Positions 38,491 to 51,274 of a DNA stretch of 64,000 bases are shown in pieces. Position 1 is the first letter of the stretch. Each line of letters opens with the position of its first letter. Position numbers and translations under genes: made by a program. Under the pieces are notes generated by a model, which ran no database searches, had not been told where the DNA came from, and was given only the letters and a program-made list of their open reading frames with translations. Origin of the DNA: Glycera tridactyla (taxonomy: Eukaryota); assembly GCA_965644265.1 (NCBI GenBank), contig OZ286472.1:80662001-80726000 (forward strand). Reading direction: 5' to 3'.

Positions 38491-38970
38491 CTGAAAAACG
38501 CAAACCAAACAAAATACACAAGCTTAACTAAGAGCAGAAATCATAAGAAAAAGAAACAGATTGTTTTAGACATGCAATAACAGAATGGAGACAAACCTTC
38601 TCATGGTCATTCACATCTCAGCAATCACAAGCTCAGAAGAGAATCATTTGAAAAATCTCGTTTTGTAAAATGACAGGCTCATGTTGCTGCACTTCACAAG
38701 AGACATTATCTGTGTGAATGTCAGGCAAATCACATCATTGACAACTGATATACGTCGTGAAATAGTGTGAAACACGTGAGCATAATGATGGCTGTTTGAA
38801 ACTGTGATCTGGCCTCAGCTCACTGAACATCCCTTGATCCATTCATCATAACTGTGATGCTCAGTGAGCTACTCATGTACTGAAAAACTGTCTTGAAGAT
38901 CAAATTTGATGCGAGAAAAGAGAAACAAATCTTCTGTGAAAAGTTTCATCAGGTTGGAATCGTCAATGGA

Positions 38971-39168
38971 TAAAACATTTCTATTCCACAACCAGGGTAA
39001 TATATCTTACCAGTAACTTTGACGTTTCACCTACCGTCAGTAGCCATCTTCAGAAACACAACAATACCTACTGGACAATGATACTGGAGATGGCTACTGG
39101 TGGTAGGGAAAACGTCAGAGATGCCAGAAAGGAACATCACCCTGGTTGGGGGCTAGAGCCGTTCTATT
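38971..39168. mobile_element. Inverted pair of hammerhead-like, Penelope-type terminal repeats
   Basis: Minus strand ctgaagatggctactgacggtaggtgaaacgtc (39021-39053) faces plus strand ctggagatggctactggtggtagggaaaacgtc (39084-39116). Confidence 0.6.
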
Positions 39169-39480
39169 CAGACAGTAAAGATAATGAAGAATGATGTAGG
39201 CTAGCACACCATGAGAAGGTTGATATCTCACGAGAATACAACACAACGCCAACAGAACCTTCACCAGTAGTGACATCTCAGAAACACTTCTCCAAGCAAG
39301 TCAGCTTCTCATGCTTTCTTGGTGAAAATGCCTTCTACCATGAACAAGTGTGAAATAATATTGCAGGCTTACACAAAATGAGCTGCTCTCTCATGCTGGC
39401 TTGTAACTTTTCAAAGAAATACAGATGTTGATAACCCAGATAGGGGGGGGGGGGGGGGGTCTTCAAACTATATATATATA

Positions 39481-39656
39481 CAGTAAAACCTGTCTTAAGT
39501 GAAAAGTCACGGGACCAAATTTTTCTTCCACTTAAGACAGGATTTTGCTTAGCGCAGGATGATTATAGTGAGAAAAAAACATCCGGGCAGACCGTGGGGT
39601 TGTGCTTAAGACAGGATTTTGCCTAGCGCAGGTTTACACTCAAGTAGGTTTCACTG
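39481..39656. mobile_element. Tc1/mariner-type MITE
   Basis: cagtaaaacctgtcttaagtg / cactcaagtaggtttcactg TIRs flanked by TA. Confidence 0.8.
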
Positions 39657-40232
39657 TATATACAGAAGCAGTATGTGATGAAACTGACTTCTTCCTTTTG
39701 GCACCAACTATATCCTGGATAATATCAAGACTGTCAGACTACGTATGCAGGGTTTGGGACCAGAATGCTCGTCTGTATTACTGAATAGATGAGAGAAATC
39801 CAAACAGGTTGGTGACACAATTCCCCTCACCCACCAGCACAACTCTAAATATGATACGATTAAGAAATGGGTACACCAGCATGAGAGAGTCAACATTGAT
39901 GTGCTGATGGCAAAATGAACAGCAATCATTTAAGAATTTTCAGTACGCAGCACAAAGAAGAGCAATAAATCAAGGTGGGTGCTTAATAAAGTGAGCAGCG
40001 AGACCTCTCTTGAACCATTCCACATATCACCAGAATACTCTCTTATCTGAACTAAAGAACACACAACCAAAGTTCACATCGCCATTTCAATCCCATTACA
40101 TTTACCCTCCTCCTGACCCACTTGATAAGTCCATCCTTCAAGTAAGATACACAGCTGATCATCACAATGTTTGTGCCACACATGAGTCCGGCTGATTTCA
40201 CCGGGTGAATTTTCAAGTTGATCGATGTGAGG

Positions 40233-40468
40233 CATTCTAGATGCAGATGTGAGGCATTGCATGGCCATCTATCAGGATATTTCATCACACAAGGCTACAC
40301 GATCGCCATTCTAGATGCAGATGTGAGGCATTGCATGGCCATCTATCAGGATATTTCATCACACAAGGCTACACGATCGCCATTCTAGATGTAGATGTGA
40401 GGCATTGCATGGCCATCTATCAGGATATTTCATCACACAAGGCTACACTATCGCCATTCTAGATGCAG
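40233..40468. repeat. 74-bp tandem repeat, about 3.2 copies
   Basis: cattctagatg at 40233, 40307, 40381 and 40455. Confidence 0.92.
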
Positions 40469-41213
40469 CCTCTGTTATTCCTTCCACCTATACTTCAATC
40501 AAGATTCCACTGAGGCAGATAAAGGACTCTCAAATGCCATCTAGTGGGAAAATCAAGGCAAGTGAGAGAACATACAAGTTGTTATACAACTGACTTGCGC
40601 ATTCTAGTGAGGTGGTCCTACTAGTGAGGTGGTCACAAGGTGAGGTCTGACCACTGGGTGCTCTCCTTCACCACAACATGACAACATCAAAAGCATCTTG
40701 TTCCTAATTATCATGGGATTGATTTTCCCAATATTATCTCTGGATGTCAACTGGGTGCCTCAGGCTGCAAGTTGTCCCTGTTTCATGTGAGACTGAACCA
40801 GTATGGACAGACAACATCAACCACAACATTAGATGGCTTCTGCAACTGAATCAGATCAAAGAGAGAACACACCAAAATATATCTGAACAGAAGCTTGAAT
40901 TTCCATAGCTTTTCAATAATTAGAGAAATGCTGACTGGAAGTTCAAACCACATAGATAAGAAATGGTCAGAGACATAAGCACTGTATATCGTGAAATAAT
41001 GTTTTATAAGAACTAAGAATAGGTCAAAGAAAATGATTATTGGAACATGTTAATTCTATAAACATCGTATTCAAAGATGATTTTTGTGTTGCTGAAAATG
41101 GGATGGGATGAATCAGAATTGATTCCAAGAACCAAATATTGATAGGTTGAATCGACTTCAGCTGTGTTAGTTACCTCTCTCCCTCTTTCAAACTAAATGG
41201 TCCAAACCCTGGT

Positions 41214-41437
41214 GAATATATCCCGAATAAACGGGCATCACAGAAGACATCTCGCCTATCACCAATAAATACATCAAGTAAATGAATGAATATATCCCAA
41301 ATAAACGGGCATCACAGAAGACATCTCGCCTTTCACCAATAAAAACATCGAGTAAATGAATGAATATATCCCAAATAAATGGGCATCACAGAAGACATCT
41401 CACCTATCACCAATAAATACATCGAGTAAATGAATGA
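41214..41437. repeat. 74-bp tandem repeat, 3 copies
   Basis: gaatatatccc at 41214, 41288 and 41362. Confidence 0.92.
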
Positions 41438-41633
41438 TATGTATTGCATATTATATGTAGGGGTCAGCTATTTGAACGGCTTACTTCTCCACACATCCCT
41501 GAAATGCAAAAGCCTGTTCCTGAGTGGATTGACTCTTAATTGAGTTGTTTTATATTGCCATGGTAACAAAGAGTCCCAACTTTCAATCAGCTATACTTTG
41601 TTGAACTCCTGCCTGGAAATTCATCACACACAC

Positions 41634-41939
41634 NNNNNNNNNNNNNNNNNNNNNNNNNNNNNNNNNNNNNNNNNNNNNNNNNNNNNNNNNNNNNNNNNNN
41701 NNNNNNNNNNNNNNNNNNNNNNNNNNNNNNNNNNNNNNNNNNNNNNNNNNNNNNNNNNNNNNACACACATTTACACATGCATGTTTNNNNNNNNNNNNNN
41801 NNNNNNNNNNNNNNNNNNNNNNNNNNNNNNNNNNNNNNNNNNNNNNNNNNNNNNNNNNNNNNNNNNNNNNNNNNNNNNNNNNNNNNNNNNNNNNNNNNNN
41901 NNNNNNNNNNNNNNNNNNNNNNNNNNNNNNNNNNNNNNN
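41634..41939. other. Two assembly gaps (N runs 41634-41762 and 41787-41939) next to (AC)n sequence
   Basis: Direct reading. Confidence 0.99.
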
Positions 41940-42229
41940 TTACGTATATCACATGAAAAGTATACCAAATGGGCAATAGGAGCATATATACATATACATA
42001 TAAAAGCGCCTTGTCCCCAAACCAGATAACCAAGAGCTGGATACTGCATGCCCCAGGACTGGCACCAACCATACACAAACTTCCACCAAACAAACTCCTC
42101 CAAGTATCCACAGGTCATGCAGCTTTGGGTGAGCCAGCCAACCAGCGAGCAGCTCATTGCCTTGTGCCACTCACTCACCCCATTCCTCGTGTATGGTGAG
42201 AACGGTAACACAGCAAACAAGATACTTGC

Positions 42230-42350
42230 TACCAAATGAGAGCAACCTTGTCAGACGTTGCTGGACTGTGAGATACTAGCAAAGATCCTATCCTGCAGAA
42301 TCCAGCATGAATTGTACATACATCAAGATACATTCACGCCCCTGATACAC
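42230..42350 (+). mobile_element. Possible decayed L1/Tx1-type reverse transcriptase fragment
   Basis: Translation LLDCEILAKILSCRIQHEL resembles LLNxDYKILAKILxxRL; very short and degraded. Confidence 0.35.
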
Positions 42351-43307
42351 AGCCACAAACCATGCATAGAATCCAGCCAGGCACAACTCACCAAATAGCC
42401 TTTCACCTTTGTATGCCACACTACTGCTACTGCATGTATTCAGTTGAATCTAGTTTGAACACCTAGAATGCCACTTGAAACAGGTCTTCTGAAGCAGGTG
42501 ATAACCCTCTGGAGGTCCTAAATCAGTGAATAAGTGCCCGACCTTGGCCAGGATATAGAAATAAAGGAAAGGGAAAAATTGCACCATTTTGTGAATGCAT
42601 ATAATCTGTCACCATCCCCAAAGGGGCGATGCATGTCCGCTAAAGATGGACATATACAAGGGGTGTGTCAGACGCACTTTTGAGTTATGATGATATTCCT
42701 GCATGTTCATGTAGGAATATAACGATGACTATTATTCTAAGTTTAAGCAGGTGGACATTCATCCATCTCCCCAGAACAGGTTCCTCTTGGTGCGTCAGGC
42801 ATCAAGTTTTGTCACTATTATATTTTGAATTCGTTGGGAATGGAGCTGCCATAAATGTAAATTCCATCGGCACTTGTTCAGTGCCTACATTGTTCATGTG
42901 CTGACTGATGACTGATGACATGCTATGAATAGGCGTCTTCAAAAGCTCATTCCTCTCTATAAAGTTACAAAGAAAAACAGTCCACAACTGCACCGAGCTG
43001 CAGTGGAAACTTCAAGATGACATCGGAATTGACTGAAAGTGAGGGGAAATTCATCATAAATATAACGTCCAGCAGTATAAGCATAATAAGGATTCACCCA
43101 CGATAATCATCAATGCAACCCAAACATGCATTTCACCGGGGAAACCGAATATGTCTCTTGCGGCATGCAACCGGGATTCATATATATAGGCAGGAACCAG
43201 CACCAACGAGACCCGGATATCTGTCAATCACCAGGAAGACCAATACAAGGTGGATGCCGTATGTGTGAAGCTTCACCGAAGGCCAAGGTGACGAAGGAGG
43301 GACTCAC

Positions 43308-43598
43308 GGATGGATGGCCGTAATGGATATAGTCGTGCGGTTGCCGAGGGTGATCACCATCATGGGATGCAGGATGGGGAGGAGGGTGATGACCGGCCCA
43401 GTTGTGAGGCTGGTGGTGATGATGGTGATGGTGGTCGTAGGGGTGTCGGATGTGATCAACGTGCTGGTAATGATGATGCTGCTGGTGATAATGGAGGGAG
43501 TTGGGGTAGCTGTCGTCACCAACGACCATAGTGACGTCATCGCTGTCATCCTGGGCCGGATCTCGCTCGGTGTGATGGTAGACAGAAGATGACGGTGG
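43308..43598 (-). CDS. GckIII: Putative GCKIII linker exon (291 nt, phase 0-0), His-rich (26 of 97 aa, including an H7 run)
   Basis: tgctgcttgtaccttacag| acceptor, TCC|gtgagt donor, open frame PPSSSVYHHTERD...YIHYGHPS with mixed CAC/CAT codons. Confidence 0.75.
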
Positions 43599-44027
43599 CT
43601 GTAAGGTACAAGCAGCACCAACAAATCATTCCCCTTTCAATAATCCACACATGAAGAATGGCGGGAATCCGTCACCACTCACATCAACTCCTCGGTACTT
43701 CTCCTAATGCGAAGCTGTGTGATCAGTTTGCCATGCTGTCGGGAACAACCTCCTGCTTGAAGTCATTCATTCTGGTGCGTAGTGATGGTACAGACCTCCA
43801 GCCTAATGATATGCCCACGCCAGTCACAACTTGTGAGATTTCTGGGCTCTCTATCACTCATCTTGTCAAGTCATGCCAACTCATCAATGAGCTCAACATG
43901 CAAGAGTCTCAACAGACATATTTCGATCTTTATCCTATCATCTAACCTTCATATACACATCACATCAAAAAGATCCCCCCTCCCAGTGTGTCACCCCACA
44001 AATATCTCTCGTCACCTTTTCTCTTCA

Positions 44028-44225
44028 TCACTATCTCCCGACATAATTGGATGGACTACCTTCCAGTCAGTGTCCGGCTTGCTACCAGAAATACACTATC
44101 TCCCGACATAATTGGATGAACTACCTTCCAGTCAGTGTCCGGCCTGCTACCAGAGATACACTACCTCTCGACATAATTGGATGGACTACCTTCCACTCAG
44201 CGTCTGGCCTGCTACCAGAGATACA
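44028..44225. repeat. 65-bp tandem repeat, 3 copies
   Basis: ctatctcccgacataattggatg at 44031, 44096 and a variant at 44161. Confidence 0.9.
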
Positions 44226-47200
44226 AATTATTACAATGATAAAGCTCCATGAGATGAGATTGACATGGAAGAGCATACTCGCAGGATACCTGACCTCCTG
44301 GAGAAAACCAACAACTAGCCATCATCATGAACGACGCAGACATGAGGCAAGTGACACTCCTTCAATACACACATGCCTAGCAGCTCAAACAAAATAGGAT
44401 AGGATTACTCAGATGTGACAGAATACTTTTCCTGCCATCTTGCATCATATGATGATGAATGCGAGAAACACTTCAAGTGCTCTCAATAGAAAACAAACAC
44501 AAGTTCATTTCATCATTGGTCCTGGTGATCACTTCACCTCCAATAGTCAGACTTTATGTTTTGGACTCAATTTCTGCAAGACAGTGCTTTGCGAATATTT
44601 CTTGGGTAAGTTCCACAAAATTTTTGTGAATGGACTTGATTCTGTTCAACTTGGGAGCAATTACAAAGCACAACATGGAAAATGGACACAACTGATTTGG
44701 ATATCTTAGACAGATATCAATCATGGTATGTTCTAGTGAATATATTTTCAATTAAAAGTTTGCACATAATTCAGAAGTGAGATAATATACAAGATGTGCA
44801 GCTTATGGAGTATTCAGCTTTTGATATGAGCTGAAGCAAGCTGCAATGGAATTGTGAAGGATCTGATTGGACACCAGAACAGCCAATGGAACTTCTCCAA
44901 ACAGTTTTCTGCGGAGCAGAAACTCGTGCTGCAGCAAGATTGTGATCACAATCACCACTGCAGGTGACCAGATAACGATTGTAAAATCTGCATTTTATAT
45001 AATCATTTAACCAACAGTTGATGGATATGTTTGTTTATTGTATGGATAAATGAAAGAAATGACCCAATAATTGCCCACGATTTTTTCAGATGCTAAGGCA
45101 TGCTAGAGAGACAGGATATTTGTGATGAGTGATGATTTACCTGTCTCAAATCTCAAAATATTTTAATATCTGATGGTATAACAAACAAATCCAATAAAAC
45201 AAATGCCTTGGGCAATTATTAGGTCACTCTATAATATGTATATACTTAAGGAAGCCAAAAGTTATATACTTGGTGGATATATCAGTGAGTAGTTAGGACT
45301 AGATGTGGCAAGATTCCCCAATCCTGAGTGGTCTCAGAGAGGCTATCACATACACGGGAGCCTAGCACATGTGAAGTTGTGAAGGACATAGTATGACAGC
45401 ACTGTGATATCATACCTTAGACCACTCAGGATGGGCAGTCTTGCTTTTATGCCACACTGGGATCATTCACCAGTCATCGGCAGCATCGAAATGTATAGAA
45501 AAAAAGGTGTTCAGCTGGTTCCCACTGATGATCAGCCATGGGATATTTGTAGATCTGATTTTTGGGGAACCAGTTAATATTGTGTTATACTTCTTATTGG
45601 CGCGTATAATGCCTACCAGATCACACCACAGACTCACACAGGACGCTGCTCTGGTGTGGCATGAGACTTTGAGAATACAGAGAGACATAATTCCAATCTG
45701 TGAAGCCTGGATTATAGTTGTATAATGAATATGAGCCCGAGAGAACCATATAAATGATACATGGAAGTAAGCATGGTATGGTATGTCAGTGTCAGAGGAA
45801 GCACCAGAGATATAAACACATATTATATACTTGAAGGCAACGGGTACCACTAGACAGGTGGACAAAATCACAGGTAAGAATACAGCTCTTCCAGCTGATA
45901 ATTTCTGGATACAAATCAGCAGAGATGGCCGAAAAACGATTGCCACCAGACACACAGGATTCCTAAATCAGTTTGACAGTCAGAACCAACATGTATCACA
46001 AAACAGGATCAAATTTGTGGAGAGCTAGTGAGCATTCTGACCTCCTATCTCCCTCTAAACTGGACGTCATTTGGGGAGAAAGAGTTCACTAGTATCAAAA
46101 GATGACACCAACATTGCTGAGAAAGAATCAAGACAATAAGGGATGCAAGAGGGACACGAGGAGTCGACTTGAAAAGAATTATATGGTCATATCTGACCAG
46201 GCAACACTAGAGAAAAGGACATAAAGAAATTGGTGAAACCTGATACGGTTTCGACTAGATACAAAACTTCGCCTTGAATAAATATTGTGTCATGGAGTGG
46301 TCTCCGGACTGGCGTGATCTATTGAGTGATGTTTGCTATCTTTCCACCCCTTACTGCATCATCAAAACTGGCATTGCTGGGGTACACACCAGAGTAGAGG
46401 TAGCCCCCCCCCCCCCCCCCCCAAATCATCACTTTCAAGCTTGCACCCTACTTGGGCTCATGTCATGGGGGGGGGGGGGGGGTGGCGCCCTATCTCAGCA
46501 CCACATCGAAGCACCGCCGTCACACGCGTCCCCCACACTCAGCAGCAGAATAGACTCACTCAGACACCCAGCTGTGTTAGTTACCTCTCTCCCTCTTTCA
46601 AACTAAATGTGCTGTGTCGACATTTTCTTGTGTACCTCAATCTTGGGCATAAACATTAGCTATAAACTTCACAAATGTGGAACTAGAAACTGATCGGTGT
46701 GAATCCCCAGAAAGATGTGGATGGAAGATCAAGGATCATAGACTTAACTATCAGTGATCTGTTTTGCTGTGACAAACCTATGCTCACACCTTCAGTGAAG
46801 TCTATTCAAATCAATCAAAAGGGAATGACTGGTGAGCACGGGAGAGGGGTTTGGAATCACAAGGAAAATGCAAGGTCGGGGCATTCCACAATAAGACAGG
46901 CAATCATTCAGACAAATGCACACATGCAACCAACCAGGCATTCGTTAATACACATAATACATGAGGGTCATTAGGGCCCAGAATGCAACAATAAGTCGGG
47001 TCGAACTGCACACACCAAGGGACAGACAGACTTGGGGAATGTCCCAGCATGGTCTAGATGAACCCTGGAATCAGACAGGCACTCCTCCCTTTATTCTGAG
47101 GTAACACGAGCAAACAGGAGTGCCCTGGTCAGAGAGTGATTGCGCCCCATATTGAGTTGGACTGGTCCTTTGTGAGCAAGCGTTCACACCAGGGGGTAGC

Positions 47201-47494
47201 AGTGGTAGCCCCAGCCACCTGTATGAGTAGCAAGTCCAAGTGAGCATAACCTTAGGGGCCATTTCATCAAAGTCTTAAGTAAACACCAAACTCCAGCAGG
47301 TGCTCCCTCTTCCTGCATTTCTCAGGAATTCACAGCTGCGGGGAGCACCAACACTGGTTCAGTGTGCACTTACGCTTTGGTGAAGCGATCCCCTGTAGGT
47401 GTGAGCGGAAAGCCCACCCCTCGCACCTGAGTACATGAGCTAGCTAGCTGAGCTGAGCTGAGCAGGTGAGTCAGGTGACATGTAGGACACTTAC

Positions 47495-47671
47495 AACTGG
47501 TTGTTTAGGTGTGTTGCTGGGTGGAGGAGGCGGTGGCGGTGGGGGAGGGGGCACGGAAGCCGCGCCCCCGAGACCTCCCCTCTCAATCTGCGCCCTCTCC
47601 GCCTCCTCCACTTCGAACTGAGACAGATCTGGTGGGTGGTACATTTTACGTGAACGGCGTCCATAATGAAT
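47495..47671 (-). CDS. GckIII: Putative GCKIII linker exon (177 nt, phase 0-0): IHYGRRSRKMYHPPDLSQFEVEEAERAQIERGGLGGAASVPPPPPPPPPPPSNTPKQPV
   Basis: tgtttatttcag| acceptor, GTT|gtaagt donor, open frame. Confidence 0.8.
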
Positions 47672-48689
47672 CTGAAATAAACAGTTCCCCAAGATGCTGG
47701 ATAACTCAGTTAAAAATGAAAATGAAATAATTGAAAAGGTGTCACAATGAGAAGAATATGCCAGAAGTGAAACGTGATTAGACTATATGATTGATTCTGA
47801 TTTAGAATGTAAGAAGACGGGTAAACTCATCTTGTACTCAATCAAATCTGCACATTCTGACATGATTATATTGAAAATACTAAGAATTCCATTCAAGGAT
47901 AAATTGGAGGCAACGGTTGCAAGATGGGGTACTACAATGTCTCCTGTAAAACTGAGCGACGGAAATGTACCTTTCAATACTGATGCATCATCATCAGAAC
48001 AAGAAAAAACAGTTTATTGATTCTAATGTTGATATCATGGCTAATCTTACATCATCTAGGCATCAATCAAATCATCTCATTTTCCTACTCCATATGAAAA
48101 TGTTACAATTATATAGATTCCCTGTGCCTGAACTAGATTATTTGTGCTCCGTACACAGAATGTGTGATCCAAGATTTAATATCTGACGAAACAAATAGGT
48201 AGATGTATGATATGAATGTAGCCACTGTGAAAAACTGCAGAGTAGATATGTATATACACAGATATATGAGAGAGACAAAGGCAATGATAGTGCAGTATAT
48301 ATATGAAGGAATAATTTGTCTGGAGCCAAGCCAGAGGTGTCCAGAAATGTTACGTGAACAAAACTGTGGAAGGCTAATACCCATCCAAAGACATTTGATA
48401 TCAGAGATAGTTGGTGACGGGTCTATATCAAGGCCACATCATGTCAATACCAGCGAGCAGTATATCCCTTATTATACACACATGTGGTCTCCAGAATCAG
48501 ATGATCTTGCCTGGCCCATGTGATGTCCTAAGACACCAGTACTTAAGTCCTTACTTACAAAACATTATTTGGATCTCCTGATTCTGATCAAACTATCCAT
48601 GTGTTCAATCATTTTTACATTGAAAATTTGATCAATAATGAGATCTCAGAGCTGTATCCAGAAATTCACCAAGTGGGGCCAAAAGACAG

Positions 48690-49205
48690 TCCGACTTTAT
48701 AATGATGCGAAAATCGTCACAAAACACATTTTTTCCCGCCAAAACGATGTCTGGGCCATGGGGCTGACCGGCTGATATTCGCGCGATTCTTCTCCAACCT
48801 GCCCTTAGTTCCGACTATTGCCGCTCATAACACGGGGTGGCGCTGCGAAAATTTGTTTCATTCGATGAATGTTCGCCATCTCACGGATATTAAGCGAATT
48901 AAGCACTCTGAAGGCGTTTGAAACACGCGCGCTGATTGGCCGAGATCGACTGCTTACGTTTTTATGAGCCAATCAGAATCGAGAAGACAAATCGCCGTTG
49001 TCTTCGCACCATGAGCCATGGCTGCGGCTAGTCATATCGCCGGAATTTGTCAGATTAAACATGACGAAATATAGGTTTGTGGCGCATTTTGCTCATCGAA
49101 TGGCGTAGATAATTCCATAATAGCGAGGCGGTTGGCGCACAGCCGTATTCAAATTGCGCCAATGTTCGTTTTCTCGCGTAAATCCTGCGAAGGCGCAGCC
49201 TAGAT
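48690..49205. other. CpG-rich intronic island with an inverted CCAAT pair (ctgattggc 48932-48940 / gccaatcag 48968-48976); young DNA element or internal promoter
   Basis: Visibly high CpG density against CpG-poor flanks; no ORF. Confidence 0.45.
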
Positions 49206-51274
49206 GCAGCTCTGGATCTGGTCCCAGTAGAATCTTGCTATCAGATATCTATGGCGTTTCCACACACAGATCATATGTGGTCCACAAATCAGTGGCCATC
49301 AATATATATCATGGTGATTAAAGGGATATCAGTTCACAGAAAAGTCCCATCACAAGCCCAGGTCATGCATTACATTGGAAATTGCTCTCCCTAACGGCAC
49401 TCCCATGCATCAGAGATAGACGGAAAGGTCTTCTATATTCACTTTAGAAATACAAGCATAATCGACTTGCTAATCATAGATATATAAACAGAGCCCTGAG
49501 AGAAAAGTTGAAGAGGAAGCCCAGAGGTTGATATATAGCGAGATACTGCCATGTGTGTTTATTCAGATTGTGAAGAAAAGTAAGTCTAATTTACTCCAGC
49601 ATGCAACAATTCCCATTCTCGGTTCTTTATGGTGAAATTAATCACCTTGCCACCATGCATTAACCACATTTTGATATAGAAACTTACTCTATTGATGAAG
49701 AAACTTTTACTGCAGGCTAACTTGACAATCAATTTTCAAGCTGATGATGTTGAATTATTAGATTGGCACAATGCTGATGAGTATGTGAGGTCTGGGTCTA
49801 GTCTAGAGGAGATTGTGCATTTCTGAATGATCCCTGAATAAGCTACGAATAATGAGGGAGAGACTGTCACAGAGATATATAAACAGAGATGGCAACTGTC
49901 AGAAGCAAATCACATTGAAAGCGTAACATAGACTTTGTGAGACTGATTTCATGGCCCTCGGACTGTAGTTGTGTAATTTGTCAGTCTGACCTGTGCGTCC
50001 TCGTAGTCAATGCTGGCTCAGTTTGGCCCATCATCATCCCCAGCAAACCAGACATCACCAGTATTTTCAGTAGGCCCTTGATTTGATTGTAAAAGCGATT
50101 ACTAACTTCAAGATGTGGCAACCATTTCATTAAACATCTGGCCACGTCTATCATGAAGTCAGAAGTATTTAGAATGTTGGTTGTTATAGCATTACCCTAT
50201 TCTGCTGATTAGATCCACCCCCACCGCCTGGCGCCAGCAAACATTGCATTAAATTGCATGGAAATCTGCCTTCAATGACTGACAAATCTGATAGCTGATA
50301 GATTTAGCACTATATTATTAAATAATGTTGTGATAGCAGTAGCTAGCATCTGTCTTCCTGATTGAAAATTTGCCTCTCAACTTGATAGGAAGATGAAGCA
50401 ATGCAGACGTCAACATTGATCAGAGCATCAGAAGAATAGCTGGTCAAAGTTTTGACAGATTATCAAAGTTGAGTTCGTCGACTGTATAGATGAAGCAAGT
50501 GAGTAATGTGTGGTTAAAACAGGCGTGAATACTGCTTCACCTTGGAGACCAGAATAAAGCCACCTGATGGGGGGGGGGGGGGGGGCCATCAGCCTCTAGG
50601 ATACAACTGCTGACTAGCTCAGTCATTTCTGAGCGACATTTGCCTTCCAAAGCGGTCAATTCCACCCAGTTGGACTATATTTGTTAAGATCACCGCCTCC
50701 ACTTTTGCTCAGCCTTTCCAAGCTCCAGCTTTCATGCGGTCACTTCAAACCACCATTTTAAAGGTCATACAAATTCATGGAAAACAAAATCATTTCGCTT
50801 AAACTACTGTTTTGGTATCCAGACAGAATGTCATATCATCTGTGGAAATGAGATGGTTTGAGTGAGAAGGAGTTTATTGATGACTCTTGAGGAAGTCTGG
50901 ATACTCACTGACGGGAGAATTCCAACCCATTTAGAGGTATTTCCTTGTTTGACACTTCACAACAATAATTATGCTGTGCAGGACACAAATCCAAGATGAA
51001 GATTTGATTGATTTCATCAAATTTGATGCATCTCATGTAAGCATTAACCTTGCTGTCAAGATGGAAGCCTGAAGAGTGCAATCTGATCTTCAACAGGACG
51101 TAATTACGTCAAATCACTTTCTGAGGACCTGCGTATGGATCAACGTGACATGATATGTTGGATGAGAAAGAGGTCAAATAGAAGGTCAAGAGTTGAAAGC
51201 TCAAGGTCATGGCTGTCCCCACCACTTGCCCCAAAAGCATGCAAGCTGCCCTCAGAGAAGCTCCCCACACTTAC

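Noticed and set aside
47220-47470. Strong gtaagt donor at 47373 with nearby acceptors
   Set aside because: All candidate exons end in phase 1 or 2 or contain stops, so they are incompatible with the phase-0 linker.
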